Assembly (NCBI GenBank): GCA_964446955.1
Contig: CAYUQJ010000007.1
Location: 103,918 to 167,917 of the forward strand
Source of the DNA: an uncultured Leptolinea sp.
GTDB lineage: Bacteria; Chloroflexota; Anaerolineae; Anaerolineales; Anaerolineaceae
DNA length: 64,000 nt
Direction of reading: 5' to 3'
In this document: positions 19,388 to 27,695 of the stretch, piece after piece
Layout of the letters: every line of letters begins with the position of its first letter
Numbering within the stretch: position 1 is the first letter of the stretch
Program-made: the position numbers and the translations under genes
The notes under the pieces: generated by a model
Seen by the model: only the letters and a program-made list of their open reading frames with translations
Told to the model about the DNA's origin: nothing
The model's database searches: none

Positions 19388-20026
19388 ATGGAAAAACCTG
19401 CAATTATTCTCCCGACAGAACTGGTAGAGGTATTCAAACGGTTCAAAAAACCCGTGGATGTTCAGGCTTTTCTGGATGCCACTCCGTACAGTCCGGAAGA
19501 CCGAAACCGTTGTCCTGTTAATGTTGTGAAAGACCGGTTGGCACACTGTCTTGATGGTGGACTGTTTGGTGCACTGGGTCTGCGGTATCTTGGGTATCCC
19601 CCGGTGATCGTTGATCTGCAATCGGATGAGGGGTTGGATGATGACCATGTGCTGGCAGTTTACCGTTTGAACGATCTTTGGGGGGCAGTGGCAAAGTCGA
19701 ATTTCAATGGTTTGCGTCTGCGTGAACCGGTTTTTCGCACTTTGCGAGAACTGGCCATGTCATACTTTGAAGACTATTTCAATGTTAATGGTGTTAAATC
19801 ATTACGATATTACACGGTACCCCTTGACCTGACCCGTTTGGATAATTACAACTGGATGTCAGAGGACAGCGGGGCTGATGTGATCGAAAAAATTCTGAAA
19901 CATCGCGGAAAAACATCCCTGGTTCCACGAGATGCCATCAGCAATTTTAACAAAGTGGATGAACTTTCGTATCAGGCGGGAATGCTGGGAGTCAATCATT
20001 CCGGATTGTACAAACCCCGTAATTGA
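19388..20026 (+). CDS. Conserved hypothetical protein, transglutaminase-like Cys/His motifs
   Basis: AHCLDGGLF, DDDHVLAVY and WGAVAKSN motifs. Confidence 0.6.
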   Translation: MEKPAIILPTELVEVFKRFKKPVDVQAFLDATPYSPEDRNRCPVNVVKDRLAHCLDGGLFGALGLRYLGYPPVIVDLQSDEGLDDDHVLAVYRLNDLWGAVAKSNFNGLRLREPVFRTLRELAMSYFEDYFNVNGVKSLRYYTVPLDLTRLDNYNWMSEDSGADVIEKILKHRGKTSLVPRDAISNFNKVDELSYQAGMLGVNHSGLYKPRN

Positions 20027-20047
20027 GAGTGGTTTTTCTACAACGAT

Positions 20048-20076
20048 TTGATAATTTCACCGGGCTGCGGTATTAT
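20048..20076 (+). promoter_or_regulatory. Sigma70-type promoter of the thiamine operon
   Basis: TTGATA-N17-TATTAT just upstream of the riboswitch. Confidence 0.7.
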
Positions 20077-20087
20077 ATAAGCACATT

Positions 20088-20185
20088 AAATAACGGGGAG
20101 CCTGACGTTTCCAGGCTGAGAGGAGAACGCAAAGTTCTCGACCCGCTGAACCTGATCCGGATAATGCCGGCGTAGGGAGGTATAA
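20088..20185 (+). ncRNA. TPP (THI-box) riboswitch aptamer
   Basis: GGGGAGCC...GGCTGAGAGG...GACCCGCTGAACCTGATCCGGATAATGCCGGCGTAGGGA consensus, upstream of thiamine genes. Confidence 0.96.
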
Positions 20186-20200
20186 GCGCTCACAACCAGC

Positions 20201-20226
20201 ACCCTCCCACCGGCGGAGGGTTTTTT
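20201..20226 (+). terminator. Riboswitch expression-platform terminator/SD sequester
   Basis: ACCCTCC/GGAGGGT stem plus TTTTTT; the 3' arm contains the GGAGG RBS of thiN. Confidence 0.85.
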
Positions 20227-20227
20227 A

Positions 20228-20881
20228 TTGAACGAAAAACGGGCAGTGATATTCGCCAATGGCGAAATTCAGGAGATAAACCGTCTGCGGGCCATTTTGC
20301 GGGAAGATGATGTATTGATCGCGGCAGATGGCGGTCTGCGTCATATTTTTCACCTTGGACTTCGCCCCACTTTTCTCATCGGTGACCTAGATTCGGTTAC
20401 ACCAGCGGAGATTGTCCGGGCAAAAGAAAGTGGCGTGGATATCCGTCAATACCCGCCCGCGAAAGATGAGACCGATCTCCAATTGGCTATCGACCTTGCA
20501 GTCGACATGGGATTCAACGATATTCTGATTACGGCTGCGCTTGGCGGCAGGCTGGACCAGACACTGGGGAATATTTTTCTAATGAGCCGGGACAGGTATT
20601 CCAGGTGCTTGATCAGGATCGATGACGGAAGCGAAGAAGTATTTCTCATTCGCAAAACAGCCCGCATATCAGGTGAGCCCGGGGATACTGTCTCTTTGCT
20701 CCCTCTGGGTGCTCCTGCCTTTGGTGTCAGGACAGAAAACCTGGAATTCCCATTGAAATCTGAGATCTTGTATCCTGACAGAACCCGCGGAATTAGCAAT
20801 GTAATGTTGACATCCTCTGCCCGGATATCTATATCTTCAGGCATGTTGGTTTGTATCCATACCCGGCGAAACACCGGTTAA
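20228..20881 (+). CDS. thiN: Thiamine pyrophosphokinase
   Basis: ANG, AADGG, IGDLDS, KDETD, GGRLDQ and GISN motifs; TTG start. Confidence 0.92.
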   Translation: MNEKRAVIFANGEIQEINRLRAILREDDVLIAADGGLRHIFHLGLRPTFLIGDLDSVTPAEIVRAKESGVDIRQYPPAKDETDLQLAIDLAVDMGFNDILITAALGGRLDQTLGNIFLMSRDRYSRCLIRIDDGSEEVFLIRKTARISGEPGDTVSLLPLGAPAFGVRTENLEFPLKSEILYPDRTRGISNVMLTSSARISISSGMLVCIHTRRNTG

Positions 20882-20897
20882 TTCACGAGGAGAATGT

Positions 20898-22037
20898 ATG
20901 AGAACCAAAATTTTGTCCCTGTTTGTTCTATTGTCAGTATTACTGGCAGCCTGCGTTCCAGCCACTGCCCCATTGCCAGCCGAACCGCCCGCGACTGAAG
21001 TATCAGCAACACCTGTATTGGAGAAAGATACACCGGCTGATACCACAACAGATTCTTCCGGCGAGCCCACGACCCTTACTATTCTGACCCACGATTCATT
21101 TTCAGCCAGTGAAGGGGTGATCGCGGCATTTGAACAGTCTAATAATGTGAAACTCAGTTTTATCAAGGGAGGTGATGCCGGGGCCACATTAAACCGTGCG
21201 ATCCTTTCCAAGGATTCGCCGTTGGCTGATGTGATCTATGGCATTGACAACACATTCCTTTCCCGTGCGGAGGAGAGCGGTATTCTGGTAGGCTATACTT
21301 CTCCCATGTTGGATGAAATTCCAGATGGGTTGAAACTTGCCAAGGACAATTTGCTTTCACCTGTTGATTATGGTGATGTTTGTATTAACTATGACAAAGC
21401 CTATTTTGCCGAAAACAAATTGGAACTTCCCACTTCCTTGCTGGACCTGACAAAACCTGATTACAAGAGCTTACTGGTTGTGGAAAGTCCAGCAACAAGT
21501 TCACCCGGTTTGGCTTTCATGCTGGCTTCGATCAACGAATTCGGCGTTGAATCCTATCTGGATTACTGGAAATCTTTGAAAGCGAATGATGTTCTGATCG
21601 TCAATGATTGGGAATCCGCGTATTACACGCATTTCAGTGGTTCCTCTGGAAAGGGTCCGCGTCCGATGGTGGTTTCTTATGGCACCAGCCCGGCTGTTGA
21701 AGTGGTCTACGCAGATCCCAGGCCCGAAGACGCTCCGACAGCTTCCCTGGTGGGAGAGAACATGTGCTTCCGGCAGGTGGAATTTGTCGGGATCTTGAAG
21801 GGCAGTAAGAATCAAGCACTGGCAGAAAAATTCATTGACTTCATGCTGAGCACGGAATTCCAGAATGATATACCATTGCAGATGTTCGTTTTCCCGGCAA
21901 ACCAGAAAGCTGTCCTGCCGGAAGAGTTTGTGAAATACAACCAGGTTCCGGAGAAACCCGCCGGGTTGAATATGGAAGATATTGCCAAAAACCGGGAAAC
22001 CTGGGTTAGTGATTGGGAAGAGGCTGTTCTTAAGTGA
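20898..22037 (+). CDS. thiB: Thiamine ABC transporter substrate-binding lipoprotein
   Basis: Lipobox LLAAC, plus THDSF, GIDN, PATSSPG, VSYGTSP and FRQVE. Confidence 0.9.
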   Translation: MRTKILSLFVLLSVLLAACVPATAPLPAEPPATEVSATPVLEKDTPADTTTDSSGEPTTLTILTHDSFSASEGVIAAFEQSNNVKLSFIKGGDAGATLNRAILSKDSPLADVIYGIDNTFLSRAEESGILVGYTSPMLDEIPDGLKLAKDNLLSPVDYGDVCINYDKAYFAENKLELPTSLLDLTKPDYKSLLVVESPATSSPGLAFMLASINEFGVESYLDYWKSLKANDVLIVNDWESAYYTHFSGSSGKGPRPMVVSYGTSPAVEVVYADPRPEDAPTASLVGENMCFRQVEFVGILKGSKNQALAEKFIDFMLSTEFQNDIPLQMFVFPANQKAVLPEEFVKYNQVPEKPAGLNMEDIAKNRETWVSDWEEAVLK

Positions 22038-23839
22038 CTCTACCAGATCATGGAATTCGATCGGAGAGAGAACTGGATCATCAAAATCCAGTTTCCTCTC
22101 GCCTTTCTGCGGTGTCAGGTGGGGCGGGGAAATCTGGAAGGAGGGTTTCCCCGCCGATCAAAGATGCTGTTAAGACCGCCTTGCTATGGCTTGCGCCGGC
22201 AGCTTTCTTCCTGCTTTTCTATTTTTATCCCATGGCAGCTGTGTTTCATGAGTCGTGGAAGGGAGCGTCAGAATCAGTAATCAACTGGAATAGAGTGTTC
22301 GGATCATTTGGTTTTACTCTATGGCAGGCGTTGCTTTCCACATTCCTGACCCTTCTGGTGGGGCTGCCTTCGGCCTATCTATTCACCTATTTCCGGTTCC
22401 CATTTAAATCGATCCTGCGAGGGATGACCACGTTACCGTTCATCCTTCCAACGGTCGTTGCGGCTGCCGCAATCAACGCGCTATACGGCCCCCGTGGCTG
22501 GATCAATCTTGCCTGGATGGCACTTACGGGCGGTACCACACCGGCAATTGACATCGTCAATTCCCTGACTGCCATATTGCTGGCACATGTGTTTTACAAC
22601 ACGGCCGTTGTCATCCGTGTTACCGGCAGCGCGTGGGAAAAATTGGATACCCGCCTTGGAGACGCGGCAAGAATAATGGGGGCATCTCCTTTTGAGGCAT
22701 TCCGGCAGGTGACTCTTCCCCTGCTTCTGCCATCCATATTAGCTTCATCAGTTTTGGTGTTTCTATTCGATTTCACAAGTTTTGGCGTGATCCTCATGCT
22801 GGGTGGTCCGGGTTTCTCTACATTGGAAACCGAGGTGTACTATCAGGCATTGCAACGCTTGAATCTGCCTATGGCCAGTATCATCTCGATTATCCAGCTG
22901 ATTTGTACCATTACCATAGGATTGCTTTACAACCGGGTAACCCGTTCGACGAATGTACCGCTGGTCCCGCGGATGCGATCTGCCGGATGGGTTGGAATGA
23001 CAACCTGGCGGAAAAAAATATTGGTGGGAATGCTCATGACCGGTTTGATCATATTATTCGTTTTACCGGTAATTTCGCTAGCCACCCGGTCAGTTGCCCG
23101 CCTTGAAGCCGAACGCGGTCAGCGTACGGATGTGCGTTATGGAGTAACCTTTGATTATTACCGCGAGTTGTTCATTAACAGGCGGCAGTCCATTTTTTAT
23201 GTTCCACCGATAGAAGCGGCAGTCAATTCACTGGTATATGCGGGTGAGACCGTAGTCATCTCCGGTGTACTGGGTATGCTGGCCGCGCTGGCACAACGGC
23301 AGCGGAATAGGATCACCCGCTTAATGGACGCCCTGTTGATGCTTCCACTGGGTACATCCGCGGTTACATTGGGTTTGGGTTATATTCTTGTGTTTAATCG
23401 GCCACCACTGGATATTCGCAGTTTTCCTTTGTTTATCCCCATAGCGCATAGTCTTGTAGCAATGCCGTTTGTCATTCGAACGATATCACCAGCGCTGGCA
23501 TCCATCCCCGATTCATTGCGTCATGCGGCGGCTACCCTGGGGGCTGCGCCGTTCCGGGTGTGGTTGGAGATAGACTGGCCGATTATCGCCCGCAGCGCGA
23601 TGGTCGCGGCCATCTTTTCATTTACCATTTCTCTTGGGGAGTTTGGTGCCACCAGTTTCCTCTCCCGACCGGAGATGCCCACCCTTCCGGTGGCTATCTT
23701 CCGTTTTCTATCACAGCCGGGCGCGTTGAATTACGGGCAGGCGATGGCCATGGCAACATTTCTGATGCTTGTTTGTCTGGGCGGGATCCTTTTTATGGAA
23801 CGTTTGAAGATCTTTGAATTTGACCGGACAGGCTTATGA
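22034..23839 (+). CDS. thiP: Thiamine ABC transporter permease (fused double TMD)
   Basis: Two EAA-like loops, plus LPFILPT, AHVFYN, FTSFG and SLGEFGA. The true start may be further downstream. Confidence 0.88.
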   Translation: MTLPDHGIRSERELDHQNPVSSRLSAVSGGAGKSGRRVSPPIKDAVKTALLWLAPAAFFLLFYFYPMAAVFHESWKGASESVINWNRVFGSFGFTLWQALLSTFLTLLVGLPSAYLFTYFRFPFKSILRGMTTLPFILPTVVAAAAINALYGPRGWINLAWMALTGGTTPAIDIVNSLTAILLAHVFYNTAVVIRVTGSAWEKLDTRLGDAARIMGASPFEAFRQVTLPLLLPSILASSVLVFLFDFTSFGVILMLGGPGFSTLETEVYYQALQRLNLPMASIISIIQLICTITIGLLYNRVTRSTNVPLVPRMRSAGWVGMTTWRKKILVGMLMTGLIILFVLPVISLATRSVARLEAERGQRTDVRYGVTFDYYRELFINRRQSIFYVPPIEAAVNSLVYAGETVVISGVLGMLAALAQRQRNRITRLMDALLMLPLGTSAVTLGLGYILVFNRPPLDIRSFPLFIPIAHSLVAMPFVIRTISPALASIPDSLRHAAATLGAAPFRVWLEIDWPIIARSAMVAAIFSFTISLGEFGATSFLSRPEMPTLPVAIFRFLSQPGALNYGQAMAMATFLMLVCLGGILFMERLKIFEFDRTGL

Positions 23840-23866
23840 TATGCTTGATCCATACAGGTGTTGAAC

Positions 23867-24928
23867 ATGCGTCTTGATGTTATCGACATTGTGAAATCAT
23901 ATGATAACGCCCCTCTACTTCGGGGCGTAACATTTACTGTGGAAGCCGGAGAAACGATCTGCCTGTTGGGCCGATCCGGCAGCGGAAAAAGTACCCTATT
24001 ACGAATCATCGCGGGTTTGGAAGATGCTGAAGGGGGGGCTGTTCAATGGGACGGAACGGATATCTCTTCGATGCCGGTTCACCAACGTGGTTTCGGATTG
24101 ATGTTTCAGGACTTCGCGTTATTTCCTCACATGACCGTGGATCAGAATGTAGGTTTCGGACTCCGGATGCAAAACCAGCCGGAAGAAATGATCACCGAGA
24201 GAACCCGTGAGATGCTTGATCTGGTTCACATGCGCGATTTCGCTCACCGGCGGGTGATTGACCTGTCAGGTGGTGAGCAGCAGAGAATTGCGTTGGCCCG
24301 GGCGCTTGCACCGCGGCCTAAATTATTGATGCTGGATGAACCACTGGGTGCTCTCGACAGGACGTTGAAACAGACCTTGCTGGATGATCTGCGGCAGATC
24401 ATCCATTCCGCCAATATTCCGGTTATCTATGTCACCCATGACCAGGAGGAAGCTTTTTCCATAGCCGACCGGCTGATCCTTCTAAACACCGGACGGATCG
24501 AACAGATCGGTACGCCGGAAGATATTTATCGGAACCCGAAAACTTTGTGGGCCGCAAATTTCATGGGACTGGGGAATATATTGCCGGGTACGATCATCTC
24601 CTCTGAACCGCTGGTAGCATCCACTGTGTTTGGAGATGTTCAGCTCACTCATTGCGGAAAGGATTATTCCCGGGGTGATTCTGTACATCTTCTATTGCTG
24701 CCAGCTGTGGATGGACTACTGGTGCAATCTTCATTACAGGCTGTGGAGAATAAACCGAATACTGTACGACTTCAAGGAATGGTGGCGGAATCCATATTCT
24801 TTGAAGGGGAATTCCGAAACACGATCCGTGTTGGAGAAACGACCCTTAACTTTCTTTCCAGAACGCGGTTTAATAAAGGGGAACCAGTTGTTATCTTTTA
24901 TCCGGCAGGTGAAATCCGATGTCTGTAG
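23867..24928 (+). CDS. ABC transporter ATP-binding subunit (ThiQ/PotA-like)
   Basis: GRSGSGKS, FQDFALFPH, LSGGEQQR, LDEP and VTHDQEEA motifs. Confidence 0.9.
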   Translation: MRLDVIDIVKSYDNAPLLRGVTFTVEAGETICLLGRSGSGKSTLLRIIAGLEDAEGGAVQWDGTDISSMPVHQRGFGLMFQDFALFPHMTVDQNVGFGLRMQNQPEEMITERTREMLDLVHMRDFAHRRVIDLSGGEQQRIALARALAPRPKLLMLDEPLGALDRTLKQTLLDDLRQIIHSANIPVIYVTHDQEEAFSIADRLILLNTGRIEQIGTPEDIYRNPKTLWAANFMGLGNILPGTIISSEPLVASTVFGDVQLTHCGKDYSRGDSVHLLLLPAVDGLLVQSSLQAVENKPNTVRLQGMVAESIFFEGEFRNTIRVGETTLNFLSRTRFNKGEPVVIFYPAGEIRCL

Positions 24929-25395
24929 ACAATCACGAAACAGTTCAGGTATTGAAATTGGGACTGGACCGAAAAGAAACCTGGCGGTATCCCGGGCGTG
25001 TGATCAACCGAACGTCTGAAGGTATCCTTGTTGAAGCTTTTTTCAATCGGTCAGATAAGTATTTTCACGGAATTATGTTAAAGGAAGGTGACCGTTTCCT
25101 GGAACAATACTATATTGATCGCTGGTATAACATTTTTGAGATCCATGACAGGGAAACAGATCACCTTAAGGGTTGGTATTGCAATGTTACCTATCCGGCT
25201 GCTATTGAGGATGGAATTGTGAGTTACGTTGATCTTGCTTTGGATCTCCTGGTTTATCCAGATGGTAAACAGCTCATTTTGGACGAAGACGAATTCCTGG
25301 AGTTATGTCTGAATGAAACAGACTCAGCTCAGGCAAGGCGGGCTCTGGAAGAATTATGCCAGATCGTGCGCCTTCCATTTAGGCTGCAGAATTAA
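24919..25395 (+). CDS. DUF402 domain protein
   Basis: RWYNIF...GWYCNV...YVDLALDL.V......LDEDEF signature. Confidence 0.85.
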   Translation: MSVDNHETVQVLKLGLDRKETWRYPGRVINRTSEGILVEAFFNRSDKYFHGIMLKEGDRFLEQYYIDRWYNIFEIHDRETDHLKGWYCNVTYPAAIEDGIVSYVDLALDLLVYPDGKQLILDEDEFLELCLNETDSAQARRALEELCQIVRLPFRLQN

Positions 25396-25435
25396 AAAAC
25401 ACGGGAATTCCCCATCAGGAATTCCCGTGTTTTTT
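25394..25435. terminator. Bidirectional intrinsic terminator
   Basis: AAAAAACACGGGAATTCC/GGAATTCCCGTGTTTTTT perfect 18-bp stem between convergent genes. Confidence 0.9.
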
Positions 25436-25445
25436 CACAAAGATG

Positions 25446-25670
25446 TTAGATGAGAGGCAGCAGCATTCCAGTGGTAAATTCCATCTCTTCCAGTAGAGCA
25501 TCGCCATTATTCCAGAGCCATGTCCCACCGGCTATACAAGTACAAAGACAACACAAGACCAGTAGTACCACGAGCACGATAATCCAGGTCTTGTTTGATT
25601 TTTTTGCTCCGGTTGGCATCGCTGGGGGTATATCCGGTGATTCGGGAATTGTATTAGGCGTGTCTTGCAT
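25446..25670 (-). CDS. Small single-pass membrane protein with Cys-rich TM end
   Basis: GGAGG RBS; KKSNKTWIIVLVVLLVLCCLCTCIAGG. Confidence 0.7.
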   Translation of the reverse strand: MQDTPNTIPESPDIPPAMPTGAKKSNKTWIIVLVVLLVLCCLCTCIAGGTWLWNNGDALLEEMEFTTGMLLPLI

Positions 25671-25690
25671 AGTTTCCTCCTGAGGATTTA

Positions 25691-26014
25691 TTAGATACCA
25701 CTCATGAATGGCACACAGAATAAGGGAACGGTGATTATTCCGCCGAAAACTAACAAAGCCAGGCAGCCACCAAAAACTGCCAGTCCGACGTTCAAATAAC
25801 CGAGAACCAGGCCGACTGTTGCCAAACCATCACCACCAATCCGGCCGTAACTGCTGCGGATCTGGTTTTTTGCGATATGACCGGCAATGATGGCAGCTAT
25901 ACCGCCAACCCCGACAACTCCAAGCCATCCAAGGATTCCTGCAATCAGGCTGAAAATAGCCCACCCACTGGTTTCTGCAACAACCCGGGTTTGCGGGTAT
26001 TGTGAATTACTCAT
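25691..26014 (-). CDS. DUF4190 domain membrane protein
   Basis: AIFSLIAGI...AII.GHIA..QI......G.GLA..GL.LGY signature. Confidence 0.85.
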   Translation of the reverse strand: MSNSQYPQTRVVAETSGWAIFSLIAGILGWLGVVGVGGIAAIIAGHIAKNQIRSSYGRIGGDGLATVGLVLGYLNVGLAVFGGCLALLVFGGIITVPLFCVPFMSGI

Positions 26015-26047
26015 TATTGCTCCTGGTTATAGTAGTATTGTACAAAA

Positions 26048-26620
26048 TTAAGTGGCAGATTGCGAACTATCATCATAGTTGTGGATCCAGCGAAAGATGA
26101 TCCATGCTGTCACCAGGCAGATTATGGCGGCAATAATAACGGGGATTACCACGGATAGAACGGAGATCCCGAAAGATACGACATCCTCGGCCATAGATAC
26201 GGCGACATTGGCTGTTCCACCGGTGGTGGCGGTAACGGCGGGACGAAGCAGACCGGCTTTTGCGGCATGAACGCCGCCGGCGATCAGCAATCCCATTCCC
26301 ATTGCCAGTACGGGGTGTACTTCTGTGACGATATTCGCGCTGGCAGCAAATGCGACCGCACCGGCAGCCGGCCGGACGAAAGTCTGAATGGCATCATTGA
26401 TATGGTTAACGGCGGGGAATTTATCGGCAAAAAACTCGATCAATGACAGGAATGTAAGAATGCCGATAATCCACCAGTCTGTCATCACGTTCCAGGGCTC
26501 GCGAAGGGTGATCAGATTGGTGAACCTGGCCAACAACGATATGGTGAGCAGCGGTATATACGCGTTCAAACCAGCGCTGGCAGAAAGACCAAAAGCAGAA
26601 AAGATATTAATAAGTTCCAT
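26048..26620 (-). CDS. DUF4126 domain membrane protein
   Basis: GLSASAGLNAYIPL, EFFADKFPAV and VS.AED motifs. Confidence 0.85.
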   Translation of the reverse strand: MELINIFSAFGLSASAGLNAYIPLLTISLLARFTNLITLREPWNVMTDWWIIGILTFLSLIEFFADKFPAVNHINDAIQTFVRPAAGAVAFAASANIVTEVHPVLAMGMGLLIAGGVHAAKAGLLRPAVTATTGGTANVAVSMAEDVVSFGISVLSVVIPVIIAAIICLVTAWIIFRWIHNYDDSSQSAT

Positions 26621-26658
26621 AAATCCTCCTATCTCCTACATATAATATACGTAATATC

Positions 26659-27468
26659 TCAAAAAAAGTTGAGTCCATTCCAGGATCCAGTTGCGGATAA
26701 CCTGATGATATCAATCACAAATATCTGCAGGATGGCTGTTGTGAATCCAAGTGCAGCGTAGGGGATTAACTGACGCATAACCACAAAGGCATTCTCTTTT
26801 TTCAAGACCATCACCCAGACGATTGAATAGATGCTTCCCAGGATAAACAGAACAGTTCCTGCTGACAATAATCCAAGCGGGTATAACAGTAGTGGATTGC
26901 CGGTAAATAGTAAAGCTCCAGCAGCCAGGGCGGAGATTAGAATGGGGAAAAATTCATTCCATGCACTAATATTGGCTTCCGGATTCCAATCAACCCATAA
27001 GGTCTGGTGGATCACCGGCATGAGAACCAGAGCCATGCCAATCCCGATGCCCGTACCGGTTAACAAGCGCAGGAAATTTGCGGGTTCATAAATACCCGTT
27101 AATCCGGGAATTAGATGGACATAAGAATTTATGCCATCGATCGCGAACATCACAGCGAAAAAACCTAGAACAATGAAAATCTTTCTTGACGGCATTCCTC
27201 CACGACGTCCGTTCCTCCATTGAAAAAGAATTCCGGTTAATGCCCCGATATACATTCCGGAACAGCGGGCGCAAAGAGGAAGAGGACGGTCTCCCATGTG
27301 GAATGTCCGATCACTGATCTGGTGGCATACGGCATATCCAATCGCATCTGCCTTGCCCAAGAGGCCGGGTGGTGCAAAGTAAAGCCAGCTGATCAGCACT
27401 GTTGCGAACAATGCGAGAGTGATGATGGTAAAACGATTGTAATGTTTGTGTTTAAAAAAAGGTGACAT
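26659..27468 (-). CDS. DUF2085 domain membrane protein
   Basis: VCHQ..DRTF, PLCARCSG.Y, IDG and N.LRLLTG motifs. Confidence 0.85.
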   Translation of the reverse strand: MSPFFKHKHYNRFTIITLALFATVLISWLYFAPPGLLGKADAIGYAVCHQISDRTFHMGDRPLPLCARCSGMYIGALTGILFQWRNGRRGGMPSRKIFIVLGFFAVMFAIDGINSYVHLIPGLTGIYEPANFLRLLTGTGIGIGMALVLMPVIHQTLWVDWNPEANISAWNEFFPILISALAAGALLFTGNPLLLYPLGLLSAGTVLFILGSIYSIVWVMVLKKENAFVVMRQLIPYAALGFTTAILQIFVIDIIRLSATGSWNGLNFF

Positions 27469-27499
27469 AATTCCATCATTATACTTACACGTTTTTTAC

Positions 27500-27528
27500 T
27501 TGACATGGTCAATCATCTATGAAATACT
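27500..27528 (+). promoter_or_regulatory. Sigma70-type promoter
   Basis: TTGACA-N17-AATACT with TGn extension; no large + strand ORF follows. Confidence 0.65.
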
Positions 27529-27586
27529 AAATTCAAGAAGTATCCATCCCCCATTGCCATTCTAACGTGAGGAGGTGGTGCCTAAC

Positions 27587-27646
27587 ATGAATGAAAGTAT
27601 GAGTTCCAAACGTTTCGCTGCGGCATCCCTCCTCGTTTTACGATAA
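27587..27646 (+). CDS. Putative 19-aa small peptide MNESMSSKRFAAASLLVLR within a structured RNA
   Basis: AGGAGGT RBS at 27570-27576, ATG at 27587, TAA at 27644-27646; promoter upstream and hairpin downstream. Confidence 0.5.
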   Translation: MNESMSSKRFAAASLLVLR

Positions 27647-27660
27647 AGGATACCGCAGCG

Positions 27661-27695
27661 AACGGGAGAGCCCCCGCAAGGGGGTTCTCTTCGTT
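27661..27695 (+). terminator. GC-rich hairpin with GCAA tetraloop (probable 3' end; may also terminate pfkA)
   Basis: GAGAGCCCCC-GCAA-GGGGGTTCTC; the G-U pairs and GNRA loop only work on the + strand. Confidence 0.7.
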
